Of a DNA stretch of 64,000 nucleotides, positions 1-12,649 are shown one piece after another. How positions within the stretch are numbered: the first letter of the stretch is position 1; every line of letters begins with the position of its first letter. The position numbers and the translations under genes are program-made. Below the pieces are notes generated by a model. That model worked only from the letters and a program-made list of their open reading frames with translations. It made no database searches and was not told the origin of the DNA. This DNA is from Eledone cirrhosa. Taxonomy: Eukaryota. The DNA is taken from the NCBI GenBank assembly GCA_964016885.1, contig OZ024740.1, positions 74,214,001 to 74,278,000 on the forward strand, written 5' to 3'.

Positions 1-512
1 GATTTATGTTATCTATTGAAAACATTTGTTTTAGCGACCACATTTCAATCAATAAAATCTGCAACTATCTTCAAAAGACAACTTTGTTAAATGTTGATAA
101 AAAACAACAACAACAACAAATGAGTGAAGTACAAGGATAATGGTAAAAGTTAAATGAAGAATATTAGGTAAAAATTTAAAAAAATGATAAATGCTGTAGT
201 GAATGATAGTGGCAGTAACTTTGTAAACTAAAATGATTAGGACATAACCAGGTTTTTGTAATAAGCTCTATTTTTTGTCCCTGAATTTTCAAAATTCTCC
301 TCTATATTTGTATACTACAATAGCCATGGCATCAGAATACGATTTTTCAAAATAAAATATGATAGTAATAAAAGTAATACCAGAAAACAAACTAATTTTC
401 TTATATCATGTTGAATAATTCAGAATTATATAATGATATCTATTTAATGATAGTCAATAAAATAATTCTGTTTTTGTTATATTTTCAGTTCTTCAATTCA
501 AAATAATATAAT

Positions 513-851
513 ATGAAGCAGTATTTCAGCAGCCAGTTAATAATTTTCACCTTCTGTTGTATTGGTGTGATATTGTCTGGAGAAATTTGGGAAGGGAACC
601 ATGAAAATACTGATAAGAACTTACTATCATTGATCACTAGAGGTGCAGTAGCAACACGAGACAATGCACTTATGGCACCACCAAGTGGATATCAAGGTCG
701 AATGCCATCTTATTTTATACGAAACCAAAGAGGAAGTAAAAGAGAACCACAATGGATCTGGATGCCATCACATGGATATGTTCCTATCCCAGAACCTTCC
801 AATATTAGAGGTTCTGAAAGTCGCGGTAGTACAATTCTAAGATATGGATAA
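513..851 (+). CDS. NKY: NKY-type (NKY-2-like) neuropeptide precursor, 112 aa, in a single coding exon
   Basis: Hydrophobic signal peptide (LIIFTFCCIGVILS), dibasic KR at 738-743, then EPQWIWMPSHGYVPIP...STILRY-G-stop. The WIWMPxxGYVxxP and terminal RYG motifs match lophotrochozoan NKY-2 peptides as I recall them. Splice acceptor ttttcAG at 487-488; AATAAA at 970-975. Confidence 0.85.
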   Translation: MKQYFSSQLIIFTFCCIGVILSGEIWEGNHENTDKNLLSLITRGAVATRDNALMAPPSGYQGRMPSYFIRNQRGSKREPQWIWMPSHGYVPIPEPSNIRGSESRGSTILRYG

Positions 852-969
852 ATATGGAATTATGAAAGAAAAACCTGGACTTTTAAGTAACTGCCAACAT
901 TGGATAACTCTGTACTTCTCATCTTTCTTACAATAACACATATTTTTTGATTTCATATTTCCATATAAA

Positions 970-975
970 AATAAA
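970..975 (+). promoter_or_regulatory. polyadenylation signal of the NKY-like gene
   Basis: AATAAA about 120 nt after the stop, followed by GT-rich sequence; the equivalent AATAAA is kept in the paralog (15002-15007). Confidence 0.6.
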
Positions 976-2089
976 TTTACAATATCTCTATAAAAATGTG
1001 TCTGTTATTATGGTTGTAAAGTGATGTTGTTAGTCTTGTATTAATGTTGTTGATAAATGCAATATGAAAGATTTAAAGTAAATAAACATGGTATTGAAAC
1101 TTGTTTCTTCAACAAAAGCATGAAAATAAGATCACAATAAAGACAGTATAATAAAAATAAATATAGATAGTATATATTTTGGATTTCTGTACAAAATAAG
1201 AATCTTTCTTGATCTATATATGTTATATATAAAGAATTTTGTAGGGCAGCCATTGAACTATATAAAACACCTGATGTGTCCCAGCTGCTTTAGTTTAAAG
1301 ATAAATTCATATGGTGAACTGATAGATAATTAAATTGCACTGATGGCCAGGGTTAATCGCTTAATCTATGGGAAAACAAATTATTATCCAAGTTGCAATG
1401 AGTGGAGGGAGATTTTGGCAAGCTGTTATTGTAGTTGAATGATGATATATCACAATAGTTTTAATACATCAGACGAGAGAAATGTCTAAATAATAGTATG
1501 CATTGAAAAAAACATCCTTTTTTTATCCACACAAAAGAGATATGGCAGAATAACACACTGTGTTCCCTGTATGTTGTAAGAGGTGACTAAAAAGGTTGGC
1601 AGCAGGAAGGGTATCTGGCTGTAAAACATTGCATAAAAAAGGACCCATAAGGCTAACCCTTGATTTAAAGGGGATATTTAACCTTAAAACACTTTTTTGT
1701 TGCACAAAAAGCTCACTGATGCGCTTCCAACTCATTGAAATGGTTAAGAAGAAACAGAAACCCACTTGAAGTTTATATGAGATACGTATGGGTCATAGTT
1801 TGAAGCAGAAATTAAGTTTCAGGGCTAAACTTTATTTGAAAATCATTAAGAATTAGAAGCCACTGATTTGTTGAAAGAGAAAAATCATAGAATAGCTATA
1901 TATGGTAAGAATTTATAACTTACTGTTTGTATAAAGAAGTGAAGAAAACAAACCAAAACTGCTTCTGGTTATATAAAACAAAACCACCCATTTTAAAGGG
2001 TTGCTTTTTAAATTTAAACCTCCTAACATAATTTTATATTTAAAAAAAGCTTTTTATGTTACAAATACTATCTTAATGAAATAATTAAG

Positions 2090-2830
2090 AATTGCACTTG
2101 ATAGGTTTGATACCAAATACTGCATGACTGGAATGAAAACCAGTGCTGTGAAAACTGAGACACTGGTCCTCTCAAGAAAGCCTGTGCAGTGTACTCTACA
2201 TGTGAACGGAGTTCTGCTAAAGCAAGTATCTTGGGGCCATGTTCATGAGTGATGGAAGGCAGGAGGCTGAATTAAGGGCAAGAATTGCAGGAGTTGGTAC
2301 AGTAATGTGCCAGCTTTAGCATCCAGTAATCAGAAGGGAAGTAGGCAAAAAAGCCAAACTCTCTATCCTCAATTTGGTCTTTGTGCCAACCTTTACCTAT
2401 GGTCATGAATCTTTGGGAAAGACCAAAAGAATACTATCATGAATACAAGTGGCCGAAATGGAGTTCCTCCAAAGGGTCTTTGGAGCAATGTTACTTGATA
2501 TAGTGTGTAGCTCAGAGATCAGAGAGTCACTCCAGGTAGAGCCACTACATCTCTAAATTGAGAGATTGCTGCTCCAGTACTATGGACATGTGTTTAGTAT
2601 GTCTCAGGAAAAAATTGCTGGACAAATTTCACAGGTAATACCAACCGGCAGGAGACCCAGAGGTAGACTTCAAGCAAGATGGTTGGATAACATCCATAAG
2701 TTTGGCTGGTCTCACTTGGAGATCCAGCTGGATCAGTTAGAAATGGTTGCTTCTGACAGGACCTGATGGAAGGTGTTTGAGGACTCTGCCCTCAAAACCC
2801 TCTCAGGGATAAGTGGGCGAAGAAAGGAGA
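2090..2830 (+). mobile_element. RTE-clade LINE 3' fragment (family B, no PHD), degraded
   Basis: Translates to KTETLVLSRK, YGHES and YGHVFSM...GRRPRGR; colinear with 16770-17410. Confidence 0.8.
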
Positions 2831-3014
2831 AGAGGAGGGGGAGGAGAAGGAGGGGAGAGGGCAGAGGAGGAGGAGGATTTTAGTAAATCCTTCAAATTCT
2901 TCAGTAATTAATTGAAATAGTGTAATCATCAGAAATATGGTAAGAAAAGAATTAAGAAAGGAAATACACATAATAAAAATGGCAGTAATTAGAAGTAATA
3001 CTCACAAAATGTAA

Positions 3015-3674
3015 TCTATATATATAAAGCTGTGGTTGTCTGTCTGTCTATCGATTTTTGGCACACATCTCCTTTTAGAATCTCTGACGGAATTGCACCG
3101 AAATTGCTATACTTGTACATTGAGCCCTAGCGAAGACATCGGAAAAAAAATATTTCGAATTGACCCACCCTATGTGACGAAATCGAATCTAATGTATCGA
3201 TTTTTGAGCGTAAGTGACGAGTTATTTCCCTTTGTTCTGTTTACATTGAGCGTCTTACGTTCTGTTTACATTTTCTGAGTGCAAAAATTAAAAAAATTAC
3301 GCTGGCTTTCTCAGCGTTTAAAATGACATTAACACAATACACGAACAGTTGTCGAGCCAGCAAAATTTTGACCTGCAAAATTCATCAGTTCGAACACTAA
3401 GCTTCCGTTTTGCTTCATTTCCATTTAAAAGCCTTTTAAAACAATATTTTTACTTGAAAACAAGTCTATTTAAAGACTACGTAAAACAAGCAAATATTTC
3501 GTAAAAAAAAGCAAAAATTATATAAGTTTATTTAAAATATATGTATCTGTAAATTTCGTTAGGCGTGCAGACAGACAGTCGTGCAGACAGACTTTAAGCC
3601 AAAAAAGAAACTTAACATTGTAACTTTAACACAGCTACTGAGTGACCCCGAGCAACGCCGGGCTTTACTGCTAG
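3015..3674 (+). mobile_element. non-autonomous Helitron
   Basis: 5' TCTATATATATAAA, (GTCT)n near the 5' end, subterminal hairpin CCCGAGCAACGCCGGG, 3' CTAG, inserted between A and T with no TSD. Confidence 0.75.
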
Positions 3675-4359
3675 TAATTATATATAAGTAATATTGAAAA
3701 TGTGTAGTAATTATATTTAAGTGATATTGAAAATGTGTTGTAATTATCTATAAGTAATACTGATTTCTAATTTAGGCACAAGGCCAGCAAATTTGGAGAA
3801 AGAGCAAAGTTGACTGAATCAAGTATAGAAGAATAAAAAATAAAGTTGACTTTTGTGGTATTTGAACTCAGAATGTAAAGAGCCAGAAGAAATACTGCAA
3901 TGGCATTTTATCTGATGCTCTGTCAATTCTGCTAATCTACAACACTCAATAATATTGAGAATGGATACTAATTTTATATCAGTAATATTGAAAATGATGT
4001 GTGTATATATATTATAATTGAATATAAAAGAAAAACAAACACAGATATATACATATATGTGTTCAATCGTAAGGGACCAGATTCGCTAAGGTGAAAAGAA
4101 TACTAACTATAGACATAGCATTTGCCAGACTCAATTTAAGAATAAATCAAGAAAATAAATACAAACCGGAATTGTGGTAACTACCAATCACCCAGACAGC
4201 TTTGGCCATGATGTTTTGCAAAATTAATTGTGAAGAGGAATACCAATTCTTGCTCATCAGTGGGTGAAGAACTAGTATCCTGGTCACTTCTAGGTATATT
4301 AAAAAACTGAATAGTGTGCGTATATATAATAATAATATATATATATATATATATATATA

Positions 4360-4859
4360 TGCCATATATGCCAGTGGCCAGTGTACAAGTCAACCCGGCG
4401 CATTGGTTGACCCCTAAAATTTGCCAGAAAAGATGACCCCCAAAAAATAAGGTAGTTAGTTTCAGGGGAATATTTAAAACATTTAGTAGCATGGTAAAGG
4501 CTAAGACACTTCTAAAACACTTCAGTCGCAAGTGAGTTCTAACTCACTGAGTAAACCGGCCTAGCCAAACCTTAACGAACCTATGGTAACCTACTCAATG
4601 AGCTATGGCAAGTCATTGATATTATCATAATCTCTACATTAAATAGACTTAGCAAATATGAGATTAAGTAGGAAATAATTGTGGTGGGTTGCTAGAGTTA
4701 TGGTAAGTGGTGTACAATGAGTGTTAGGCAGGTAGTTTCACTGTTTACCACTCAGTGGTAAAGGTTCACATTTTATATTCAGCAGACAAGTCGACCCCTG
4801 GTTTTGGAGAGATATTTTTAGGCTCCAAATGTCAACTTGTACTCTGGCATAATATGGTA
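4360..4859. mobile_element. pogo/Tigger-like MITE
   Basis: Imperfect terminal inverted repeats TGCCATATATGCCAGTG..TACAAGTCAAC / GTCAACTTGTACTCTGGCATAATATGGTA; the left end sits in a TA run. Confidence 0.55.
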
Positions 4860-5229
4860 CATTCATGTATATACTTTATTTTATCGACTCCAGAAGGGTG
4901 GTAGACAAAGTTGATGTCAGCAGGATTTAAATTCAAAGTGTAGAAACTGAATGCCACAATGCAACTTATCTGAAGCTCTACCAATACTGTCAATCCACCA
5001 CCCAATATAATGATTTCTAATTTAGTCACAAATCCAACAATTTGTTGGGAGGGGAAGTCAATTACATTGACCTGAGTATGACAGGTATTCTATTTTATCA
5101 ATCTCAGTGGGATTTGAATTCTGAACATTATGACCAAGAACAAATATTACACAAATATTACACATTTATCTGATGCTCAAATGACTAATAATACCAATAC
5201 CACTCATCTGCTTAATATAACTGCTAAAA

Positions 5230-5690
5230 GCTCTGGTATATTGTGAGAAAGTCTCTCTTGCTTATATTTGGATTACAGAAAATTATTTTAAAGTAAGGTA
5301 TTCTTAACATATTCACACCTTCAAGAACCTGGAAAGAAGACATGACACAACCTTTTCCAATTATAGTTTTAAACAGAATTAGATTGACCTAGTGGTTTTT
5401 GACAAGGGAAAAATATTGTGCCTGATTGTAGATGTAGGCTGCCCCTTTGACACAACAGTGAAAGAAAAAGGAGAAAATTAACTGGTACCAGGATTTAAAG
5501 TGGGAATTAAAAATGATTTGAGACTCTCATGAGATCAAGGTCGTCCCAATTGTCATAGGAGCACTAGGTACTATCTAAAAGAGTTTTCAAGGATGGTTAA
5601 AGAATGTTAGTCCAGCCCATTTTTTTGGAACATTTCAAAAGGCATGCTTGCTGGGAACAGCACGAACCCGCCGATACATCCTGAATGCAT
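5230..5690 (+). mobile_element. R4/Dong-like LINE remnant (restriction-like endonuclease C-terminus)
   Basis: Manual translation DLVVFDK..CLIVDVGCPFD..YQDLKWELK..VVPIVIGALGT..QKACLLGTAR, with stops. Confidence 0.7.
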
Positions 5691-5774
5691 CTGTAGGTAG
5701 TGGCTTCATGTTCATTTGAACAAACTTTCCAGTTAAATAATATCAATGACTGAGACTCCAATAATAATAATAAT

Positions 5775-5963
5775 AATTGTTTCTACTTTTGGGCGCAAGG
5801 CCAGCAATTACCCAGTGCATTGCTGGTACTTTATTTTTTCGACCCCATAAGGATGAAAGGCAAAGTTAACCTCGGCGGGATTTGAACTCAGAATGGCAAG
5901 GGCCGTAATTCTATGCGTCAAAGCATGGCGTCCGACTCTCTACCGATACTGCAATCCACCGCC
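5775..5963 (-). mobile_element. tRNA-derived SINE (Nin/Deu-like core)
   Basis: Minus strand has an A-box-like GCAGTATCGGT, B box GAGTTCAAATC and core GCCTTTCATCCTTAyGGGGTCGA; flanked by (AAT)n. Confidence 0.8.
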
Positions 5964-5996
5964 CTTATAATAATAATAATAATAATAATAATAATT

Positions 5997-6285
5997 CTGC
6001 AATGATGAGATTGAAACAGTGGACCACTTAATCACATGATGAAAAGTTTTAGCACCAGTAGAGTACAAATCTAGACATGACAGCATCATGTCAACATCAT
6101 AAAATCAAAACTGCTGACAAATGGTATAAGCATGACCCTGAAGCAGTAACTGAGGGAGAAAATGTAATGATTCTTTGAGACTTTCCGGTACATACAGACA
6201 GGACCATCAAAGCTAACAGACTGGATAGTATTGTAAAAGACCAAAATAACAAAGTATGTTCATTGATTGATATGAACATCCCATG
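5997..6285 (+). mobile_element. R4/Dong-like LINE remnant (CCHC knuckle and start of RLE)
   Basis: CNDEIETVDHLIT..EYKSRHD..KWYKHDPEAVTE..IL*DFPVHTDRTIKANRLD..LIDMNIP. Confidence 0.7.
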
Positions 6286-6819
6286 TGAAACTGTGATGTC
6301 TCAAGGTGGTTACAATACCAGTGATTGTAGGAGCACTATGAATGATCAAAAATGGAACAGAAAATTATTTGAGAATGATCTCTGGCTTACTGTCTCTGAA
6401 AAATGTGCAAAAAATTGTTTTAACTGGTATGGCTCACATATTGAGAAGAGCACTATCACTGTGAGAATGATAATCCTTGATATAATTCTGTTTTTGTAAA
6501 TAATCAAGCACTCTTATATGATTGATTATCATTTTGTTGTAAATAAACAGATAATTTGCACATGCATAAAGCAAATATTATTCTTGTAACTGTGTAAAGT
6601 GTGTGACGTGAACAATCTGGTGTGTTTATTTTTGTGGTTTATCAATGTATGCAATTAGTTGCAATGGGACAACCCTCAGCAAGAAATGGAAACAAAACTG
6701 AAGGAAGAGGAAAAACACAAATAATAATAACAATAATAATGATAATAATAATAATTGTTTCGACTTTTGGCACAAGGCCAGCAATATGATAATAATGATA
6801 ATAACATTAATAATAATAA

Positions 6820-8145
6820 TAATAATAATAATGGTTTCTTTATTGGCCACTAGGGCTAACATGAAGAAAAACATTACAGACAGCACAGAACGGTACAGGA
6901 CGATACAAAGTGGGTTTGGGCCGTGTAAACAGGTTATAACAAGATAGAAATCAAAAAAATTCAAACACCAAAAATTCCCCAAAAAGGGGGAAACCTCCAA
7001 GGGTCACTCGTGGCGAAAACCACACAAAAGACCATGGCCACCCTGACCACCAGGGCAAGCGCCCTCTCTCAGTTTTCCTACTCCTCAGTCTACAGGAACA
7101 TACTCAGAGCGGGCCTGTTCACTCGGACCAGACTCGCCACTTTCACCCACCTTTCAACAAACTTACTAGAAGACAGCACTTGCCTCTCCACCCTGATTTT
7201 CCTCTTGAAGTGAAACTTCAAAAAGTTAATCAGGGATTGGCCGGAGAGGAAAGTGTCCGTCTTCAACCCTTTCAACCTTGTCCACCACACAATCTCTTTC
7301 GCCATGGCCACCAGGCAGATGAAAACTGCGTCCTTCCTCCTATTTAAAGGAGGATGGCGGGACTACTGCACAATGGACTCAGTCGATAACCGGATCTGTC
7401 CTACACGCGACAGCAACTGTTCGACATAGCCCCACAAGTCAGCAATCCTCGGGCACTGAATGAGTGCATGCAGGACGGTTTCGTCGCCCTGTGCGCATCT
7501 TGGACAGGCTCGGCTGTCAGCACCTCCGTGCCTGTAGAGCTTATCCTAAACCAGCAAAGCTCCCCGGTAGCACTGCCCGGCCAAGGATTTCTGGAAGTTG
7601 TCTATAGGCGCTGGGCTGAAAGTTCTCTTAAAGAGAGCAAACAGCTGATCTTCTTCAATGCCCAGGGTCTCCCTGAGGACATCATCGATCTTTCCCTCTA
7701 CTAGCCCTCTATAGAATGCCGAGGTGGATGTTCCACCAACACTAGTGCCCAGCTGGTAGAGGGCGGTGAGCTGGGCACAGAGTTGGGCGGGAGCAAGGTA
7801 CGACGGTCAAGCGGTAGCAGATGACGGACGCAATGTACGCATTCGCCACCTCCGCCCGACCTTTCAGAGACAGCCTACTCTCGGCCCATTTCTGGGTGAG
7901 AGAGGCCACCCTGCTCGTCACCTCACTCCAGTTTTTCTCCATCTGGAGGTTTGGACCAAACCAGACCACGACCAATTTAACCGGTCCTTCTGCCCAGCAC
8001 CCCCACGACGTTGTCGAACGGCATGTACTTGCCTCTCCAGGTGCCGAGCTGCAAGCCCACTGACTTTTCCTGGTTCATCTTTGCTCCTGTCATCACTTTG
8101 TATTCCTTTAGAGCGGTGCCGAGCATCTGGACGTGTTTGGTGCTT
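6820..8145 (-). mobile_element. Tx1/L1-clade LINE 3' part, internally deleted
   Basis: ORF fragments NWSEVTSRV..W..SRLSLKGRAEVAN, a CPRC..ETVLHALIQC knuckle and a C-terminal F..RW; AATAAA then (ATT)n tail near 6830. Confidence 0.75.
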
Positions 8146-8157
8146 GACACCACCACA

Positions 8158-8258
8158 GTGGTTAACTTTGCCTTTCATCCTCACGGGGTCGATAAAATAA
8201 AGTACCAGTAATGTACTGGGTAATTGCTGGCCTTGTGCCAAAAGTAGAAACAATTATT
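8158..8258 (+). mobile_element. 5'-truncated SINE (same family as 5775)
   Basis: GTTAACTTTGCCTTTCATCC..GGCCTTGTGCCAAAAGTAGAAACAATT. Confidence 0.75.
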
Positions 8259-8437
8259 AGAAACATTGCTTCATTTTTACATATCTAAGCATTAGTAAAA
8301 TAACTAATAATTTCATAAGTAATTTTTCAATTCCAATTGTTATGAACAGCAAAACATTAATAATAATTTTGTTCTAAGAAATATATATACATTTCTGTGT
8401 GTGTAATATATATATATATACACACTTCAACTTCCAA

Positions 8438-11029
8438 CTAACTTCAAAAAACGAGACAATCACTTGATCACCTATAGATCGGGGGAACACACAAGCCAGG
8501 TAGATTATATCCTTACCAGAAGACGTGACAGAGTGTCTGTTGTTAACACTAAATCCCTCCCCCATGAAGAATTCACCTCCCAACATAGACTGATAATTAG
8601 CGACCTCATAGTCAGGATGAGACGTACTAGACAGCGGAAGAGGACTATCCTCAGGAGAAAAATATGGAAGCTAAAGGACCCCATAGCCAGAAATAAATTT
8701 CAAAGCATATTACTTGATGCTTTCGACAGTAAGGAAGAGCAATTAGAGTCGTATAATATAGAGGAACAGTGGGAATTCCTTAGAGCAAACCTGCTGACGG
8801 CGGCAGACGAAGTCTGTGGCTGGAGCAGGCCTGTAGGTAGGAGGAGAGTAACATGGTGGTGGAACAGTAAGGTGGAGGAGTCAATTAAGGCCAAAAAGCA
8901 GGCTTGGAAAGCATGGCGGGATGGGGGAAGTAGAGAAGACTATCAGGTAGCCAGGAGGGAAGCTAGGAGACAAGTGTACTTCGCAAGAAGGGAAGCAGAG
9001 GAAAGAAAGTTCAAGCATGTTCTACAACGTGAGGACCAAAAACATGAGGTGTTCAGGATTGCCAGGCAATGTGTCAAGGAAAACCGTGATATTGTCGGGG
9101 AGAAGTGTGTGCTTAACGATGATGGCATACTTGCCATCACCGACGCTGATAAGAAGGTAGTTTGGAAGTGTCACTACGAAAGGCTTCTAAATGAGGAGAA
9201 CAAATGGGAGAAAGACAGTCTCCCCCACATCGACCCAATAGAGGGACCAGCAGTGTTAGTCCAGGGTAGTACAATAAGCAAGGCAATCAAAGATATGAAG
9301 ACGGGTAAGGCGGCTGGTCCTTCGGAAATAGTTGCTGAGATGCTGAAGGCATCTGGTTCGGTGGGACACACCATGGTCACCCGGATAGTTAACCAAGTCG
9401 TACAGAATGGGGTTGTTCCGAAGGACTGGCGTAGCAGCATCATCATTAACTGCTATAAGGGAAAGTTGGTGTCCATCAGGGCTCTGTTCTTAGCCCCCTA
9501 CTATTTATTATTGCCCTTCAGGCTATAACAGAGGAGTTCAAGACCGGCTGCCCATGGGAACTCCTATACGCAGATGATCTAACGCTCATAGCTGAATCAA
9601 TGACCGAACTAGAGAAGAAATTCCAAACATGGAAGCACGGCCTAGAATCAAAAGGCCTTAAAATTAACCTGGCTAAGACAAAAGTTCTAGTTTGTAGGAA
9701 AGAAAATATGGCGGCAGTCCCATCTGGGAAATGGCCATGCTCAGTGTGTAGGAAAGGCGTAGGTAGAAACTCCATTTTATGTCCTAAATGCAAAGTATGG
9801 GTGCATAAAAGATGTAGTGGGATCACAGGTAAGCTAACTAAGAACATAGATTTTACATGTGGCCGGTGCTCTGGTGCAATAAGTAGCAGCAAGTGCCCAC
9901 AAAATACTAGCTCCTTCAACTGCGCAGAGGGTTCTATAGAAATAGTGGACAGCTTCCGTTACCTGGGTGACAAAATCAGCAGTGGGGGAGGGTGCTCTGA
10001 AAGTACAGTAGCTAGAGTCAGAACTGGATGGAAAAAGTTCAGAGAGCTTATACCACTATTAGCCGCTAGAGGGTTCTCCCTAAAAATGAAAGGCAGGTTA
10101 TACGATGCCTGCATACGAACAGCAATGCTGCATGGCAGTGAGACCTGGGCATTGTGTGCAGAGGATATACGCAGACTAGAGAGGAACGAAGCTTGCATGC
10201 TCCGCTGGATGTGCAATAGTAATATACGTGAACGGCAAAGCATAAACGAACTAAGGAAAAAATTAGAAATAAGAGGGATCAGATGTTGTTTACTCGAGAG
10301 AAGGCTACGTTGGTACGGTCACGTGATGCGCATGAAAGACGACAGCTGTATAACAAAGTGCAGGGCAATAAAGATAGACGGTAGCCACGGAGTAGGCAGA
10401 CCCAGAAAAACATGGGACGAGCTGATAAATTCCGACCTCACACGCTTACACCTCTCCAAGACAATGTCACTGGACCGAGACCTTTGGCGGTACTCAGTAA
10501 TAGAGAAGACCCGCCTTACCTAAATACAAAGTAAAAACCTACTACAGTCAGTAGGCATCTCTATCAAAACACCCCCCCGTCCCACCACCTCCACCCCATC
10601 CACACCGCCCCTTTCAATGTACAGTTATGTTGGTCCCACAACATCCAGGCCGAAACAAATGAGATCGTGTAGGTGTCACGACAAAAAAACACACAGTCCA
10701 CGCTGTAAATGTGGCCGTGTAGGCAACACGGTAAAAACCTCCCAGCCCCACACTGTAAATGTGGTTGGTGTTAGGAAGGGCATCCAGCTGTAGAAAACCC
10801 GCCAGACAGTCCACGCTGTAATGTGGCCGTGTAGGCAACACGGTAAAAACCTCCCAGCCCCACACTGTAAATGTGGTTGGTGTTAGGAAGGGCATCCAAC
10901 TGTAGAAAACCCGCCAGACAGTCCTATGCGAGCAAGACAACCACTCTTGCCTCAAGTGGGAAAACCCCCGTCCAAACCCATGCAAGCGTGGAACACGGAT
11001 GCTAAACCTGATGATGATGATGATGATGA
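8438..11029 (+). mobile_element. RTE LINE (PHD-containing family A), 5'-truncated and internally deleted
   Basis: ORFs 8464-9528 (APE end, WWWN, YKGK) and 9600-10523 (after YADD, C4HC3 finger, [11 protein letters not shown]); deletion junction near 9463; long 3'UTR ending in (GAT)n. Confidence 0.92.
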
Positions 11030-11183
11030 CACACAGAAATATATATACATTTCTGTGTGTGTAATATATATATATATACACACAGAAATATATATACATT
11101 TCTGTGTGTGTAATATATATATATATACACACACAGAAATATATATATATACACGCAGAAATATATATACATTTCTGTGTGTG

Positions 11184-11230
<47 letters not shown>

Positions 11231-11258
11231 GAAATATATATACATTTCTGTGTGTGTA

Positions 11259-11295
<37 letters not shown>

Positions 11296-11300
11296 GAAAT
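11030..11300. repeat. palindromic minisatellite, unit about 45-50 bp (CACACAGAAATATATATACATTTCTGTGTGTGTAATATA..)
   Basis: About five units here and one more at 8377-8425 on the other side of the RTE. Confidence 0.8.
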
Positions 11301-12572
11301 ATATGGGCATTTCTCTGTTTGTCTGTCTGTCTGTCCTTCCCTAAAACTCAAATGTAGGTGCTACAGAAATATTACCTTCCCCTTCCTTTCTCCACTTTGG
11401 TACTACCAAGAGAAACACTGTCGCTATAGAAACATTACCTTCTCCTCTCCACTGACTTTGGTCACTGAGGCCGAGGGAATCGCTGGTTGCTATAGAGACA
11501 CCTTGCACAAGCCAAAAGTAACCAGTTCGAGGCGGTTCTGACGTGACACCATGCCAAGTCTACTTATAATATATAATGGGCATTTCTCTGTTTGTTTGTC
11601 TGTCTGTCCGTCTGTAAAAAATGCCAACGAAACAAATAGACGCGGTTTCAAATCTCTATGCTTTTCAGATTCATTACATTAATCTTTATTTATACGTTTC
11701 GCTTTACGAGTGTTTCGGCTTATCATTATATATAAACGTTTCTATTTCCATCGTTTCATCATAAACGTTTACATATTTCCATCGTTATATCACAACGTTT
11801 ATGTATCATAACGTTTATGTATCATAACGTTTATATTTCCGTCACTAATCTCTTTTTCTCCTTTTTCGTTTTAACATATATTTATTTCAAAGATTTCACC
11901 GTATAGATAACATATATATTTATACATGCATAAAAGACACACCGAGAGACGGTGAACATGTGGTGCCGAAAACATTTCTCATCCAAATCTCAACAATATC
12001 AGTATATACACTAGATTTGCTAGCAGAAAACTGCCCACCGGATGGTTTTCTGCTAGTCTATATATATAAAACTGATGTTGTCTGTGTATGTGTCCTCATT
12101 TTTGCAAAGTCTATACAAATCCACATTTCTACTCCGATTGACTTCAAACTTGCATTTATATATTCCTTGCGGTCTAAAGATATTAACTGCAGCTTTTATT
12201 TTTCAATTTTCTGTTGTTAAAGGGGTGTTAGGCGCCGGTTATCCATCTCCATCACGCTCTTATAATATCTGTCTGTATGCCTGGCCATCTGCATTACGAC
12301 ATTCTGATGAACATTGATGACGTATTATGTTCACTATTTTCCCTTCATTGCCAGGGAACGTCTTCACGAACCAAAGTATCGTCTTCCTGTTTTCCTTCGG
12401 TTGCAACGTTTTTCAAAATATTTACTTCTGCATTCACAGATTGATGTTTTTAGTTTCAGAAGATCCCGTTAAGGGTGAAAGCAACGATTCTTTGTTTAAA
12501 CTTTAATCTGTTATTTTAATCTATATATGTATATATATAAAAGGAAGGAAGGAAGGAAGGATGGATGGGTGG

Positions 12573-12649
<77 letters not shown>

